NCBI RefSeq assembly: GCF_001194135.2
Contig: NC_068983.1
Coordinates: 35,562,175 to 35,600,967, forward strand
Reading direction: 5' to 3'
DNA length: 38,793 bases
DNA from: Octopus bimaculoides
Taxonomy: Eukaryota
Part shown: positions 24,437 to 37,400 of the stretch, piece after piece
Position numbering within the stretch: position 1 is the stretch's first letter
Layout: each line of letters opens with the position of its first letter
Program-made: the position numbers and the translations under genes
The notes under the pieces: generated by a model
Told to the model about the DNA's origin: nothing
The model's database searches: none
Seen by the model: only the letters and a program-made list of their open reading frames with translations

Positions 24437-24716
24437 ATCATCATCATCATCATCATTGTTTAACGTCCGCTTTCCATGCTGGCATGGGTTGGACGATTTG
24501 ACTGAGGACTGACTGGTGGACCAGGTGGCTACACCAGGCTCCAATCTGATTTGGTAGAATTTCTACAGCTGGATGCCCTTCCTAACGCCAACCGCTCCGA
24601 GAGTGTAGTGGGTGCTTTTANNNNNNNNNNCCAACCGCTCCGAGAGTGTAGTGGGTGCTTTTACGTGCCACCGGCACGAAGGCCAGTCAGGCGGTACTGG
24701 CAACGGCCATGCTCGA
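24437..24716 (-). repeat. RTE-tail repeat containing a 10-N gap
   Basis: (CAT)n gtttaacgtccgctttccatgctggcatgggttggacg...ggatgcccttcctaacgcc. Confidence 0.8.
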
Positions 24717-25744
24717 AATTTATATATATTTTATATGCAAATAATCATATTTCTTGATGGTAAGACTATTCAGGAATATTGTCAAAATCATTTTAGTGTC
24801 CACTTTTTGACAACATAGCAATACATTTTGATTATTTACACTCCTTATATGCTGTCGGTTGAGAAACCATCACTTAATGACTGTGCTAAATGTGTTATGG
24901 TTTCTTTCAGTTTCAATTATTAAAAATAAGTAGAATTGGTGAAATTCTTAAAAATCAACAGAAATATTGGCAAAACCAATATAAATTTTATTTTTGATTT
25001 TTAATCTTTAATGCTTAATTTTATTGCTTATTTTTTAAAGGAATGTAAAATTAGATTTATAATAGTTTGAAAAAGAACCTGAAGGTGTGTTGGAATAATT
25101 GTAAATCTGATGATTGCATATATGTATTTATGTATGTATATATATATATGTATACAATTGTGTGTATGTATATATATATATGTATACAATTGTGTGTATG
25201 TATATATATTGTAATCTTCCAATACTGAAACATGTGTAGTTCCTTCATATTTAATTAATTTAGTGTTAATTAAAGTAGGAGATAATTAAGGAAGTATAGT
25301 ATATACCTTGCTGGTATAATGGTTATGTCCTTTAAGTATTATTTCATGATGTGCAAATAGATACCATGAGTTTACTTTCAGATATACTCATTAGATTATT
25401 TTTTTTTTGTATTATCTGAAATAGAACACCCGCATATCTATTAATTCCCAAAACTGAATTATTATTGACTTTTATTAGATACTTTGTATCTTTCTAAATA
25501 AATATATAAATATATGATAAATAAGACCCCAAGGTACGATATGCAGATGCATGTAATGCTGAAAGGTTGTACCTGATTGATTTGGAAATTCGTTTTTCCA
25601 AATTATCTAAACATATATATGTGTGTGTATGTATGTATACACACACAATTTCCAAAGAATATATAACTCAAGTTGATAATGTTATAATTATTTCATTAGA
25701 AAATCACAGTTAAAGCAAAAACATAAGCACATGCATGCATGCAT

Positions 25745-25779
<35 letters not shown>

Positions 25780-28699
25780 CGTGTGGACAGACAGACAGAC
25801 AGTCTCTCTCACTAAGAATGACATATGACTATTCAGTAGTTTAATCAACTGAACGGCTTACTAACTACAGAATTGTCAAGTACTCCCCAGATACATTTAG
25901 CCTAAACATAATTCTTAAATGGAATCTGCATGACAGTGTAACAAGGTTGGACTTCTAAATTACAAACACAGCTCATCTTTCAGGTTTCTACACAGCTTCC
26001 ACATATCTGGTTTCGCTCAGAACATAACATATTTAGTTCGTTTTATCTTTTACTTGATTCAGTCAGTGGACTGTGCCCATGAGTGGCAGCACATGCCTTA
26101 GTGCTTAGGATATTGCACTCATGATTGTAAGATTGAAGTTTTGATTCCTGGACCAGGCAATACACTGTGTCCTTGAGCAAAACACTTCATTTCAAATTAC
26201 TCCAGTCCATTTAGTTGGCAAAAATAACTATTCCAGAGGCAGATCATCCATCATCCCATCCAGTGGGAGAAGAATTTATATTCCACAAAAATCAGGAAAA
26301 TGGTCTCATGTGTCTATATAACCCTCGAAGAAGCTTTATATATTTTTTTACTGTGACCATGCCAAAGTACCATGCTAAGGTACTGTGACCATGCTAAGCT
26401 GCTATTTTGAAGGGTTTAGTCAAACAAATCAACCCCAATACTTTTTTTTATTTCCTTCAACCATCGCACTTTTCAAGAAAAATAAATTCGTTTTATTTAC
26501 TACCCTTTGTTGTGAGATGTTACTGTATACAAAATCTTATACCAGTTATTAAAGTAATAAGTACCTTTAGTTCTAACTACAAATTTTGCTTGTTTGGAAT
26601 TTGAGCTTAGTATGGCAAATTAACTATCAGAAACTCATTACTGAGAAATTTGTTGCCTACGAAAGAGCCGTTACCAGGCAAAGGGTCAACAGTTAGTATT
26701 ATATTATTAGCACTGCATTCCATCAATGGTCAATATATTTAGTTGTCAGCAGGTGAGTCTATCACATTTCAAGCTGTTGTTGAGTAACCCCAGGTTACCT
26801 CTACTCAACCAGAACTATGACAATCATACAGTCAGCTCATGAACAACACAGCAAACAGGTTTGTTTTTCCTATTACACCATATCACTGCTTAGTTAAGGC
26901 TCATACTGCACATTCCTATATGCAGTGGTATTTTGCATGGGGTGCAGTGTGACATTTTGACATTACTTGATGCTTATGACACTGATGGTTGCATATCGAC
27001 ATATTACACAGTGTGACAGTTTGACATGGTGCAGTGTGGCATATTACACTTCTTCTACTGCCCATATTTTAAACATCTCTGTAAAGTGTATCCATGTATG
27101 TTCCTCAGAATAAAACTTTATAACAACATAAGATCTGCCATAAGAACAGTATATGGGTTACACTTGTGTTTTGCATCAAGTCAACCCCAACCATACAGAC
27201 CTACAATAAAAGGCAATCTAAATGAGACCATCCTGTCTTCTTTTCAGCCACAGTGAATCTGGGATTACATTATCCAACGTGTCCTTTATATATTTTTTAA
27301 ATAGTAAGATCTGATTTTAATGAGATTTGACTGCTATTTCTAGTAGGGTTGACAATTTTTTGCTATAGATATGCAGCTTTAACAATACGCACGGAGTTGT
27401 CATGTCCTCCAATGTTAGCCCACATAATACCATACATATTTGTGTATAATGTACACCCTAAATTATGGGTAATGAAATCCTCGAAATTATTTTTTGTGTA
27501 AATGCAATGACTATTCCTAAGTATTACAATGTATGGAAAAAAAAGGAGCATTTAGTCAGATTTAATTGTAACTGTTGCATAAAATACTTTGGAAATGTTC
27601 ACACATCCTAAATGAAACAGGTGACAAAAGTGCACCTGTTATATAAAGTGAACATTGTTAAAAAATCACAGCATCATGTTTTTTCATGATAAAAGAGCAT
27701 ATTACATGCAAATAAATGCAGTAATTATGCTAATTTTCAGAATAATTAACATATACATATTATACATGTAAAGACTGAGTTGTATCAGGCTGACTTTTCT
27801 TTTTAAAGAAAAGGTAAAGAAGGAAGAGGTAAGACATATGACCATTGTAAGTCTTCTGAAACCAGTGAACTTGATACTGTTAATGTTCCATTTAAACTAT
27901 TGTAGGTCAACACTGGCATGAAAGAGAAGGCTCAAAAGAGGCAATATTTGGGGGAGAAATGACTGTGGTTGGTGGAGAGCCAAGAGATAGAAAGATGAGT
28001 GCATTAGGTGGGTTCTGAGAAGTGGAAGTACGAGAGTAGCAAGCTCAAGGAAGAGAGACCAGCAGAATAACAGCAGAAAAAACAGAGAGAGGAGACAGCA
28101 TACCCATGGATCAGAGGCTAGAGAACATCAATTAATGATTGAATGCCAATTAATCAAAAGACCCTTCACTAGATGCAGTCCAGCATATATGGGTGATATT
28201 TGATGTAAGAATCTTCTATATAATCTGCTTGACTCTTTTCATCATGGAATTCTTTATAGTCTTGCTTCCCTGGGCATGAACACATTAAAGCTCTGATGTC
28301 TGACAACCGACTTGGTAGACACCCACAAGATTATCCATCACCTTTTCAACAACAACCTTGGGCACCTTTTTGAATTCCATGTGTGACATTCATGGGCAGT
28401 TTTAACTTGTGTTTTTCTTTGTTATATTGTCAAGCTGAAAAGTACTTAATTTGCTTTTGGCAATTAATTTTTATTTTTAATGTTTCATAAAAATGTCTGC
28501 ATTCTGTTGAAATGTGGGTTCACATTTAGGTTATTAATGTGAGAGAAGTTTGTTGTTGATGCTGCTAGGAGCCTCTGATGTGAAAAATATTTGTGATGTC
28601 AAGTATATCAATATGTTCTAATAAGGAATGTTGGTGGAACATTCTCAAAAACATGTTCTGAAATAGATCTGGTGTAGTTTGAAAAAGAAAAAGAAATAT

Positions 28700-29745
28700 G
28701 TAATGGTGCTTTTATGTGCCACCAACACTGGCATTGGCTATGCTCAAATGGTATTTTTTACTTGCCACCAGCACGGGTGCCAGACAAAAGGCACTGGCAC
28801 CAGCCATGACTATGATTTCACTTGACTCAACATGTCTTCTCAAGCACAGCATATTGCCCAACAAATGAAGGGTACTTTTAATCGGGCCGGTAATGCAACA
28901 CTGACATTGGCCATGGCTGCAATCTCACTTGGCTTGCTGGGTCTTCTCAATCACAGCATATCTTCAAAGGTCTCGGTCACAGGTCATTGCATCTGTGAGA
29001 CTCAACGTTTGGAGGTCATGCTTCACCACCTCATTCCATGTCTTCTTGGGTCAATCTCTTCAACAGGTCCCCTCCACTGTTAGGGTGTGATACTTCTTCA
29101 CACAGCTGTCTTCGCCCATACACAACACATGACCATACCAGCACAGTCGTCTCTTTTGCACACCACATCTGGTGCTTCTTATGTCCAGCTTTTCTTTCAG
29201 GGTGCACACTGAACATCACACATCCAGTGGAGAATACTAGCTTAATTTCTTTCAAGCCAATGCATGTCCTCAGCAGTCACAGCCCATGTTTCACTGCCGT
29301 GTAGCATGCCTGTTCACACACATGCATCATACAGTCTACCTTTCATTCTGAGCAAGAGGCCCTTTGATACCAGCAGAGGTAGGAATTCTTTGAACTTTGT
29401 CCAAGTTATTCTTATTCTAACNNNNNNNNNNNNNNNNNNNNNNNNNTACCAACTTGGTCACCTAGGTAACGGAAGTTACCAACTACTTCTAGTTTTTCCT
29501 TCTGGCATGTGATGGAATCTGTTTTCTGTACATCTTCAGTGTTTATTGCCCCTGTGCATCTGCCACACAAAAACTATCTTCCCAGTTAACCTTCCTTTGA
29601 TATTGCTGCACCTCTTATGTGTCCATAGCTTACACCGAGTACATCTTATGGAGTTTCTACCTATGCCTTTTCTACAGATCAAGCAGGGCTATCTACCTGA
29701 AGAGATTTGTGATCTGTCTGCCTTCCTACTTACTGAGATTGGAAT
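28700..29745 (-). mobile_element. Degraded RTE LINE 3' region
   Basis: Same sequence type as 6130-6705 (cacagctgtcttcgcccatacacaacacatgaccatacc, a WYGHV-like motif on -), plus a frameshifted Cys-rich stretch near 29540-29670. Boundaries approximate. Confidence 0.7.
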
Positions 29746-30166
29746 GACATTGTAGAGTAGGTGTGAGAGGCTAGTTCTAGCCAGTTTGAACATAAAACAG
29801 GTAGAATATTTAAGCCAGACATAACTCGTTTAAATGCTAAAGGGCTAAATATTTTCACCTGTCATAGCAATTCCAATAATAACTTAACTATCAGCTGGCT
29901 GATACCTTAGCAACTTAAGCCTTCATGCTCTCCTTAGAAATATTGGTTTCAAATTTTGGCACAAGGCCAGCAATTTCGAGGGATGGGGTAAATCAATTAC
30001 ATTGATCCCAGTGTTCAACTAGTACTTATTATATTGACCCCGAAAGGATGAAAGGCAAAGTTGACTGCGGCAGAATTTGAACTCAGATAGACAAAATGCC
30101 ACTAAATGTTTAGCTCAGCGAGCTAACGACTCTGCCAACTCACCACCTTTCTCCTTAGGAATACTA

Positions 30167-30417
30167 TTGGGTTGGTGCATAATTATTGCAGCATTTTTTC
30201 AACAAATTTTATTCAACAAAAAAAAAATAACATGTAACAAAAACATCTTTAAATGATTATTCCAGAGCATATTCACCATCTACTTCAATTACTGCTCCCC
30301 ATTTGCTCACCAGATGGTCAAACCATCATTTAAAGATGTTTTTTGTTAAAGATTGTTATTGTTTTTGTTGAATAAAATTTGTTGCAAAAAAGCCACAATA
30401 ATTATGCACCAACCCAA
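30167..30417. mobile_element. Tc1/mariner-derived MITE forming a long hairpin
   Basis: TA|TTGGGTTGGTGCATAATTATTG...CAATAATTATGCACCAACCCAA|TA. Inverted arms 30167-30257 and 30325-30417. The loop on - encodes FDHLVSKWGAVIEVDGEYALE*, resembling a mariner transposase C-terminus. Confidence 0.9.
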
Positions 30418-30433
30418 TAAATCTAATACTTAC

Positions 30434-30584
30434 CACTAAACTCTCCTTTGCCAAGAAGCTCCTTCAACTCAATTGCAGCAGGATTCAGTATGTAGCCAAG
30501 GTCTTTCAAATTTGATCTTAAAGAATTAGTGTCACAAACAGGATGAGAGAGACAAATGTTCAAATGTAAAGTGTGGGTATAATA
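30434..30584 (-). CDS. CSK-like kinase exon, SH2 C-terminus, linker and Gly-rich loop (151 nt, phase 0 to 1)
   Basis: Acceptor ttatcattttAG, donor GTaagt. Encodes YYTHTLHLNICLSHPVCDTNSLRSNLKDLGYILNPAAIELKELLGKGEFS. Phases join both neighbouring exons. Confidence 0.9.
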
Positions 30585-31152
30585 CTAAAATGATAAAAAA
30601 CAAAAAAAAAGGTAAGTAGAAGGTTATGTAGAATTCAAGGTATTTAACAACTTAATATCTTAACATCAATATATATACACACACATACATTATATATATA
30701 TATATATATATATATATANNNNNNNNNNNNNNNNNNNNNNNNNNNNNNNNNNNNNNNNNNNNNNNNNNNNNNNNNNNNNNNNNNNNNNNNNNNNNNNNNN
30801 NNNNNNNNNNNNNNNNNNATCTATGATGTCAAACACCATTAAATCTGGCCTAATAATCTCCACTCTAAGTTTCACTGATCTACTTCTTACCATAGGAGCT
30901 TTCACAATGAATTAATAATACTTTTCTACCCAACATATTGAATCATTATTATTACATATCTAAACTGACTCCTTCTATTTATCAGTACACATGTATATTT
31001 ATGTACCACAGTTCTGTTGTTGTTAATCTTTAGTCTAAGGCCAGTCCTGATTGAACAGTAGCAGTGCTATGATTAAAGACATTCCAGCTGGGACCATTCA
31101 AAATTTTTTTATGCTTTTCTTTTACAACAGTAGAGTGTGAGTGAGTGAAAAC

Positions 31153-31558
31153 TTACTCTTTTACTTGTTTCAGTCAATTGACTGTGGCCATGCTGGAGCA
31201 CCGCCTTTAGTCAAGCAAATCGACCCCAGGACTTATTCTTTGTAAGCCTAGTACTTATTCTATCGGTCTCTTTTTGCCGAACCGCTAAGTTACAGGGACG
31301 TAAACACACCACCATCGGTTGTCAAGCGATGCTGGGGGGGGCAAACACAGACACACAAACATACACACGCACATACATATATATATACATATATACGACG
31401 GGCTTCTTTCAGTTTCTGTCTACAAAATCCACTCACAAGGCTTTGGTCGGCCCGAGGCTATAGTAGAAGATATTTGCCCAAGGTGCCATGCAGTGGGACT
31501 GAACCTGGAACCATGTGGTTGGTAAGCAAGCTACTTACCACAGAGCCACTCCTGCGCC
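31153..31558 (-). mobile_element. Near full-length tRNA-derived SINE
   Basis: Minus strand reads ggcgcaggagtggctctgtggtaag (A-box-like), ggttccaggttcagtccc (B-box-like), body, (AT/GT)n tract, then the tail aattgactgaaacaagtaaaagag. Confidence 0.85.
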
Positions 31559-32209
31559 TGGCTGTTAACTTGGCTGTTATTTTTAGCAAATTAAACAACA
31601 AAATAAGGTTTTTTATTGACACTGTTTTGTTTTATCTGTTTATTCTCAGATCTATACTAAATATAACTTTCTGGTACTTCACACAGTTACACTTGTAAAA
31701 AGTTTGATAGTTGTCATAGAGACTTTAGTCTCTCTATCACCTTTCAACATAATTATATATGAAGATTCTGTTGTGTCTGGGGAGAGTCATTTTCTTTTCG
31801 TGCCTTAAAATTTAACACACTCACCGTTAAAATTTCCACTTATTATTTTTATTTTCCTAAAATTTTTGTTGCGTCTTGCAACCTTTTCAATAGTCTTATT
31901 AGAACAATTAAAAACATAATAAAAAGGTTTTATTTATGATGATGCTTGGTTTCACAATTCCTGTCATTCAGCTTAGCAGCCGCTGATTAAGTTGTAGTTT
32001 GGTATTGGAAGGTTAAGGGCTTCCTTGATGCCTGCCAGAGNNNNNNNNNNCGCTGATTAAGTTGTAGTTTGGTATTGGAAGGTTAAGGGCTTCCTTGATG
32101 CCTGCCAGAGAACAGTGTAAAAGTGCTTCGTGGAGGAGCGAGGTATTGTCACGTCGAAGGTCTCAGGCTCAACTTGCTTAACAAAGTGAAACTCTCTCTT
32201 TAAGTACGA

Positions 32210-32292
32210 GACTACGCATGCGCAACTCGAGGGGCTTCCGGTGGTGAAGTCCCCTGCGCATGCACAGAAATGTACTTCCTCAATGGCGGCTA
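32210..32292. promoter_or_regulatory. CpG-containing cluster of housekeeping-promoter-like motifs
   Basis: NRF1-like acgcatgcgca (32214) and tgcgcatgca (32255), ETS-like cttccgg (32235) and acttcct (32274), YY1-like aatggcggc (32282). Motif matches only. Confidence 0.35.
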
Positions 32293-33103
32293 TAATTTTG
32301 CGCCACTACACACTCTACTTAAAGTTTTTTTCCTCCCCAGCATGCATAATTCTTGTTGCATAGGTCAAAAACCAGTGCAATTGTTTCTACTGGTTAGTCC
32401 ACATTAATCCATAAGGAGCATAGGGCTGGTTTCCTAGTTTCTCTGGCATATAATTTCCTCCTTACATGGGATGCCAGTCAATCACAGGATTACTCATTTT
32501 ACCAGCTGAGTAAACCAGAGCAGCATGAAATAAAGTGTTTTGCTCAAGAACACAATACATTGCCCAGTCCAGGAACTGAAACCAGAGTCTTATAAATCAG
32601 GAGTCCAACATCCTAACCACTAGTTCATCCACAATTTCCTCTACTGTCATTGTTTTATTGTCTAGTCTCATTTTAAACTCAATGTTTCTGGAGTAAGTCT
32701 ATAAGGATATTTCATTACAATCACTCAACTCGCAAGAAATATCAGCCAAATCTGTCTCAGATCATAACCTGCGAGAGAGGATGATCATGACTGGAACACT
32801 CTTGATTGTTAAACTTTATCAGAATTGAATTGGGACTAAACAATGCAAGGTTCCCACAATGAGCCAAAGCAAGCCAACCTGATAGAAATATTTGCTGAAT
32901 CTCCTGCCAATCACACAGAAACATCTTAAAAAAGGAAGAGAATACTGGATAATGTAACTTTAGACCATTTCTATGCTTGAAATTAAAGACAAGGACAATC
33001 ATAGCTGGAATGCCTTTGTTCAAAGGCCTATTTGATTAGGGCTTCCCTTAGACTAAACAATAACATATATGAAAATAAGAAAAGTAATAAAACATAGCCA
33101 TAC

Positions 33104-33323
33104 CTCAATTAATTTATATAAATCTTTAAAATAAATCTTAGTATCCAATGAAATCTTGTTATCTTTAAACTGTATTTGGTAATGGAACATTTGTGATTGA
33201 TGATGCACACTTAAAGAATATTCTCCAATGTTTGTTACACTTTTTCGTATCAAAAACGAACCATCAACGTTTTCTTTTAAGATGTCTTCTGCTTTCTGCC
33301 GAGTTATATCTCTGTGAAACCAT
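33104..33323 (-). CDS. CSK-like kinase SH2 exon (220 nt, phase 2 to 0); upstream coding exons not identified
   Basis: Acceptor gtatttttcAG, donor GTatgg. Encodes WFHRDITRQKAEDILKENVDGSFLIRKSVTNIGEYSLSVHHQSQMFHYQIQFKDNKISLDTKIYFKDLYKLIE. The eight exons total 1090 nt, which is 1 nt plus 363 codons. Confidence 0.93.
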
Positions 33324-34496
33324 CTGAAAAATACAAAGAAAAATATCAATGAAGAAGAGTGTTGGGATTTTTTCTTATTTAAACGGATAATTTTTATATT
33401 GTAGCTACTTGTTCTGACTTCTATTATAATTCCATTCCCAACTAGGTTTACTAATGCAACCCCCAGAAAGAATTACAAAAAAAAAAAGCAATATTCATTT
33501 CAGGAGGATTTGAATTTAGAATATAAAGGGCTGTAACTAAATACCAAGTAGCTTTTAATTCCATTCAGCCACTGATGAGAACTCAATAAGCTGTGGGTTT
33601 TTTTTTCTATACTGGTTGTAGGCCTAACAGACATGGTTGAGGTGCTTACATGTTTAGATAATTAGCTTTGGGTGTCAGTACATAGGTAGAATTTGAATTT
33701 AGAGTGCAAATCAACTGCAACAGACATTGCAAAGTATCTCATCTGATTCCCTAATGATCTGTCAGCCCATAGCTTTAAACAGATATTTTATAGATCAACT
33801 TTCAAAGGACAAAAGGTAAAATTGACCTTGGCAGTGTTTGAATACAACAAAGAGAGCTGGATTGGATATTTTGAGTCATTCTATCCTGCCTTTCGTTTTC
33901 AAACCTGATGCTAACAAGCACTTAAAGAGAATTAACAGAAGACACAGCTACGTCAGTAACTGGAAAATTATTATCCCTCCTACCAATACTTCACGTCCCA
34001 CTCAAAAGAAAAAAGAAGAGGTGGCATTTCATGATATCCCATGCACTGCAATGAAAGATCCATTGTTTATTTGCCATTACAAGGCCTAATAAGTCCTGAC
34101 TTGTGCTGGACGTGTATTACAGCAAAAGGAAAACAATAGTGGAGAACCAGACTTAATCTCTCATCTTTAACTTCCTGGAGCAGTGCAAGCAGAGCCAAGA
34201 CACCTGAAGGTAAATCAGGGATGCAGTAGGACAGCCAGAGTGATTTATGTCTCACATTATCTCAATTAATGTTGCTGGATATTACCATTTTACCCATGAA
34301 AACACACACACTGTCACAAATTCACTCTTCTAATGTGTAGGTGACAAGCTATTAAAGACTTTGAGAAAAAAAGTTTAAAGCTCATCCTCCTTATCAATGT
34401 TATTTGTTTACAGAAAATAGTGTATGGAGTTACAGGTGAGAGATAGGGGCCATTGGATGATAAACTACGGAAGTGGTAGTATTTAATTGTGGAAGC

Positions 34497-37400
34497 TGTA
34501 GCGAGGCACAAAGAAGCCAGCGCCATTTTGAAATAGTGAGATCTCGCTTGCAACCATTATTTCAGGAAAAGACAACATTGGACATCTCCTCTTCATTTGG
34601 CATGGAAAAGGGATTCAGATTTTTGTCCGGTGGGGGATTACAGACGTTTGAATGCAGTCACTATTCCCGATTGCTATCCGATAAGAAATCTCCAGGATTT
34701 TTCTTCAAACTTGCAGAGTTGTACTATTTTTTCCAAGGTTGACCTCATCCGGGCTTATCATCAAATTCCAATGAACCTTGATGACATTCCAAAAACTGGC
34801 GTTACCACTTCTTTTGGAAGTTTTGAGTTTCTGTTTATGAGCTTCAGTTTGCAGAATGCAACGAGCACATTCCAGAGGTTTATTGACGAAGTTGTCCATG
34901 GACTTGACTGTGTGTTCGCTTACGTGGATGATTTGCTCATAGCTAGCAACACACATGAAAATCACCAACACTTATCTCAACTTTTTCACACCTACAATGT
35001 GTGAATCAACCCCAATAAGTGTGTTTTCGGACAGACCTCCCTGGAATTCCTAGACTATTAGATCGACTCTAATGGTATCCGACCTCTCTCCTCCAAAGTT
35101 GATGTAATTCAACGCATCTCTCCTCCCACTTCTTTACACCAACTGCGTCATTTCTTGGGAATCATCAACTTCTACAGGAGATTCATACCTAAATGTGCAG
35201 ACAAGTTACTTCCCTTGACTCAACTACTGAAAGCAAATAAAAAAAAATTCTTCTATCACTTTATCTGCCGAGACTTTATCTTCTTTTGAGTCAATCAAGA
35301 AGGAAATAGCTTCTGTTCCTTTGCTTGCGCATCCGGTTCCTGATGCTTATCTCTCTCTAACAGTTGATGCATCAGATTCTGCGGTTGGTGCCATTTTACA
35401 ACATACTGTCGATAATCAAATTCGACCTTTGGCATTCTTTTCTCGTCAATTAAAACCAGCTGAACATCGTTACAGTATGTTTGATCGTGAACTCTTAGCG
35501 ATCTACCTGTTGGTTTGTCATTTTCTACGTCAACTCAAGGGCCAAGATTTTGTGATTTATACTGATCACAAGCCTCTTATGTTTGCTTTGTCATCTAAAT
35601 TGGACAGACACTCACCTCGTACTTTTCGTCACCTGGACTACATTTCCCAGTTTACAAATGATATTCAGCTTATACCTGGAACAGAGAACATACCTGCTAA
35701 CACACTCTCTCGCCTCCCTGTGTGTTCTCTTTTATCTCCTGCTGCAATCGATTTAACTGCCATTGCGCAAGATCAGCCAGCTCTGGACACATTGGATCTA
35801 ACTTCTACCAAGTTGTCCTGTTGCAAGTTTGCCTATCTTTCACTTCTGTCTGCTGAAGGCACAATCTTTGTGACACAGTTACTGGTTCTCCCATGCCGTT
35901 TGTACCTGCGAACCACCAGCGTTTCATTTTTGATGCCTTGCATTCACTGTCACATCCTGGCATCGCTGCCGCAGTGAAGCTTATTACGGCTCGGTTTTTC
36001 TGGCCTAATATGCGCAAGATGATATTGGGCACGCTTGTGTGAAATGTCAGCATTCTAAAATCCACAAGCACATTTGCACACCTCTTGAACAGTTTTCTCC
36101 ACCGGAGACTCACTTTCACCATGTCCACATTTATCTGGTTGGACCATGGCCTGTCAGTCGCAGTTTCTCTTACATATTCACATGCGTCAATTGCTTCTCT
36201 CAGCCTGAAGCCATTCCAATAGTGGATATTTCCATTGAGTCAGTTGCTCAAGCTTTCGTTTCTGATTGGATTGCTCGTTTTGGTGTTCTTGTTAAGTTAA
36301 CCACTGACCGTGGACGCCAGTTCAAAGCTTCTTTATTTCATGAATTATCACGAATCCTAGGTGTTCATCATATTCGTACAACCAGCTACCAATGGGATGG
36401 TCAAATGTTTTCACAGGCAACTGAAGGTCACTTTATGCGCCTCTCCTGATCTGCAGTCTTGGACAGAGTTCCTGCCTATCGTTCTTCTTGGTTGTCGCAC
36501 TTAGGTTTCTCCTCTGCCGAACTCCTTTACAGCAGCACCTTGGCACTCCCTGGTACAATGTTAGCACCAGCCAATTCATTGCATCTTGATCTAACGTCAT
36601 ATGTCACCAGACTTCACTCGTATTTCTCAAGTCTTTCACCAATGTATCCACATGACTAATCTGTTCTCTTTCACGTCCCACCGGACATTGACAAGAGAAC
36701 TCATGTTTTTGCTCGGGATGATTCTGTTAGAGGACCGCTCGTTTCTTGCAGTAAGGGACTGTTTTGTGTGCTATCTCACACACCCAAAACTTTTAGTCTC
36801 GACATCAATGGTCAGACAGAGACCATGTCAGTCGACAGGCTTAAAAAGGCATATTTTGAGGTTTCCACACCCTTCAATGACACTCCGGCCACACCCACTT
36901 TTGATCCTTTACAACCACCTACACATCCACCCGCACATGCACCTTTGACCACACCATCAACTACATCACCACAACCTAACACAAACAAACTTTATGTCAT
37001 CAGGACAGGCCGTACTGTGCATTGGCCTAAAAAACTTACCAAAACTATTTATATCTGACAATCTCTTTTGCGTTTCTTGTGACAGACAATTGCTTTCTTG
37101 TGTTACTGAACAATTCCAATACTCTGCTATTGAACATTTTGTCAAATTTTGTGCATGCCAATTTATATTTCTTGCAATTATTTTTCTTTTTGACATGTCA
37201 CATTTTTGTACCATATCTTGTTGTTTGCCATCTTTGCTCTTTTCTTGTGCCTGCTCCAGTTATTCTCTATTTTTGCACTGGCATTCTCAGAAGGGAGCCC
37301 CTATAGCGAGGCACAAAGAAGCCAGCACCATTTTGAAACAGCAAGATCTCACTTGCAACCATTGCCATACACAAGACAAAAACGAGATCTTGCCTGCAAT

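Noticed and set aside
24588-24663. Exact 33-bp direct repeat
   Set aside because: It also flanks a 10-N gap, so it is probably the same artefact.
27363-27551. Minus-strand ORF as an extra kinase exon
   Set aside because: Exons 30434-30584 and 22183-22282 already join in phase with no gap in the CSK alignment, and this ORF has no kinase similarity.
31981-32110. Exact 60-bp direct repeat
   Set aside because: The copies sit on either side of a 10-N gap, which is typical of overlapping contig ends and probably an assembly artefact.
33838-34436. Possible plus-strand nested gene (ORF 33838-34089, donor-like GAAG/gtaaat near 34209, ttacag...CAG/gtgaga near 34413-34436)
   Set aside because: In-frame stops, no clear acceptor for the first segment and no recognisable protein motif. 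Splice-like words are expected by chance.
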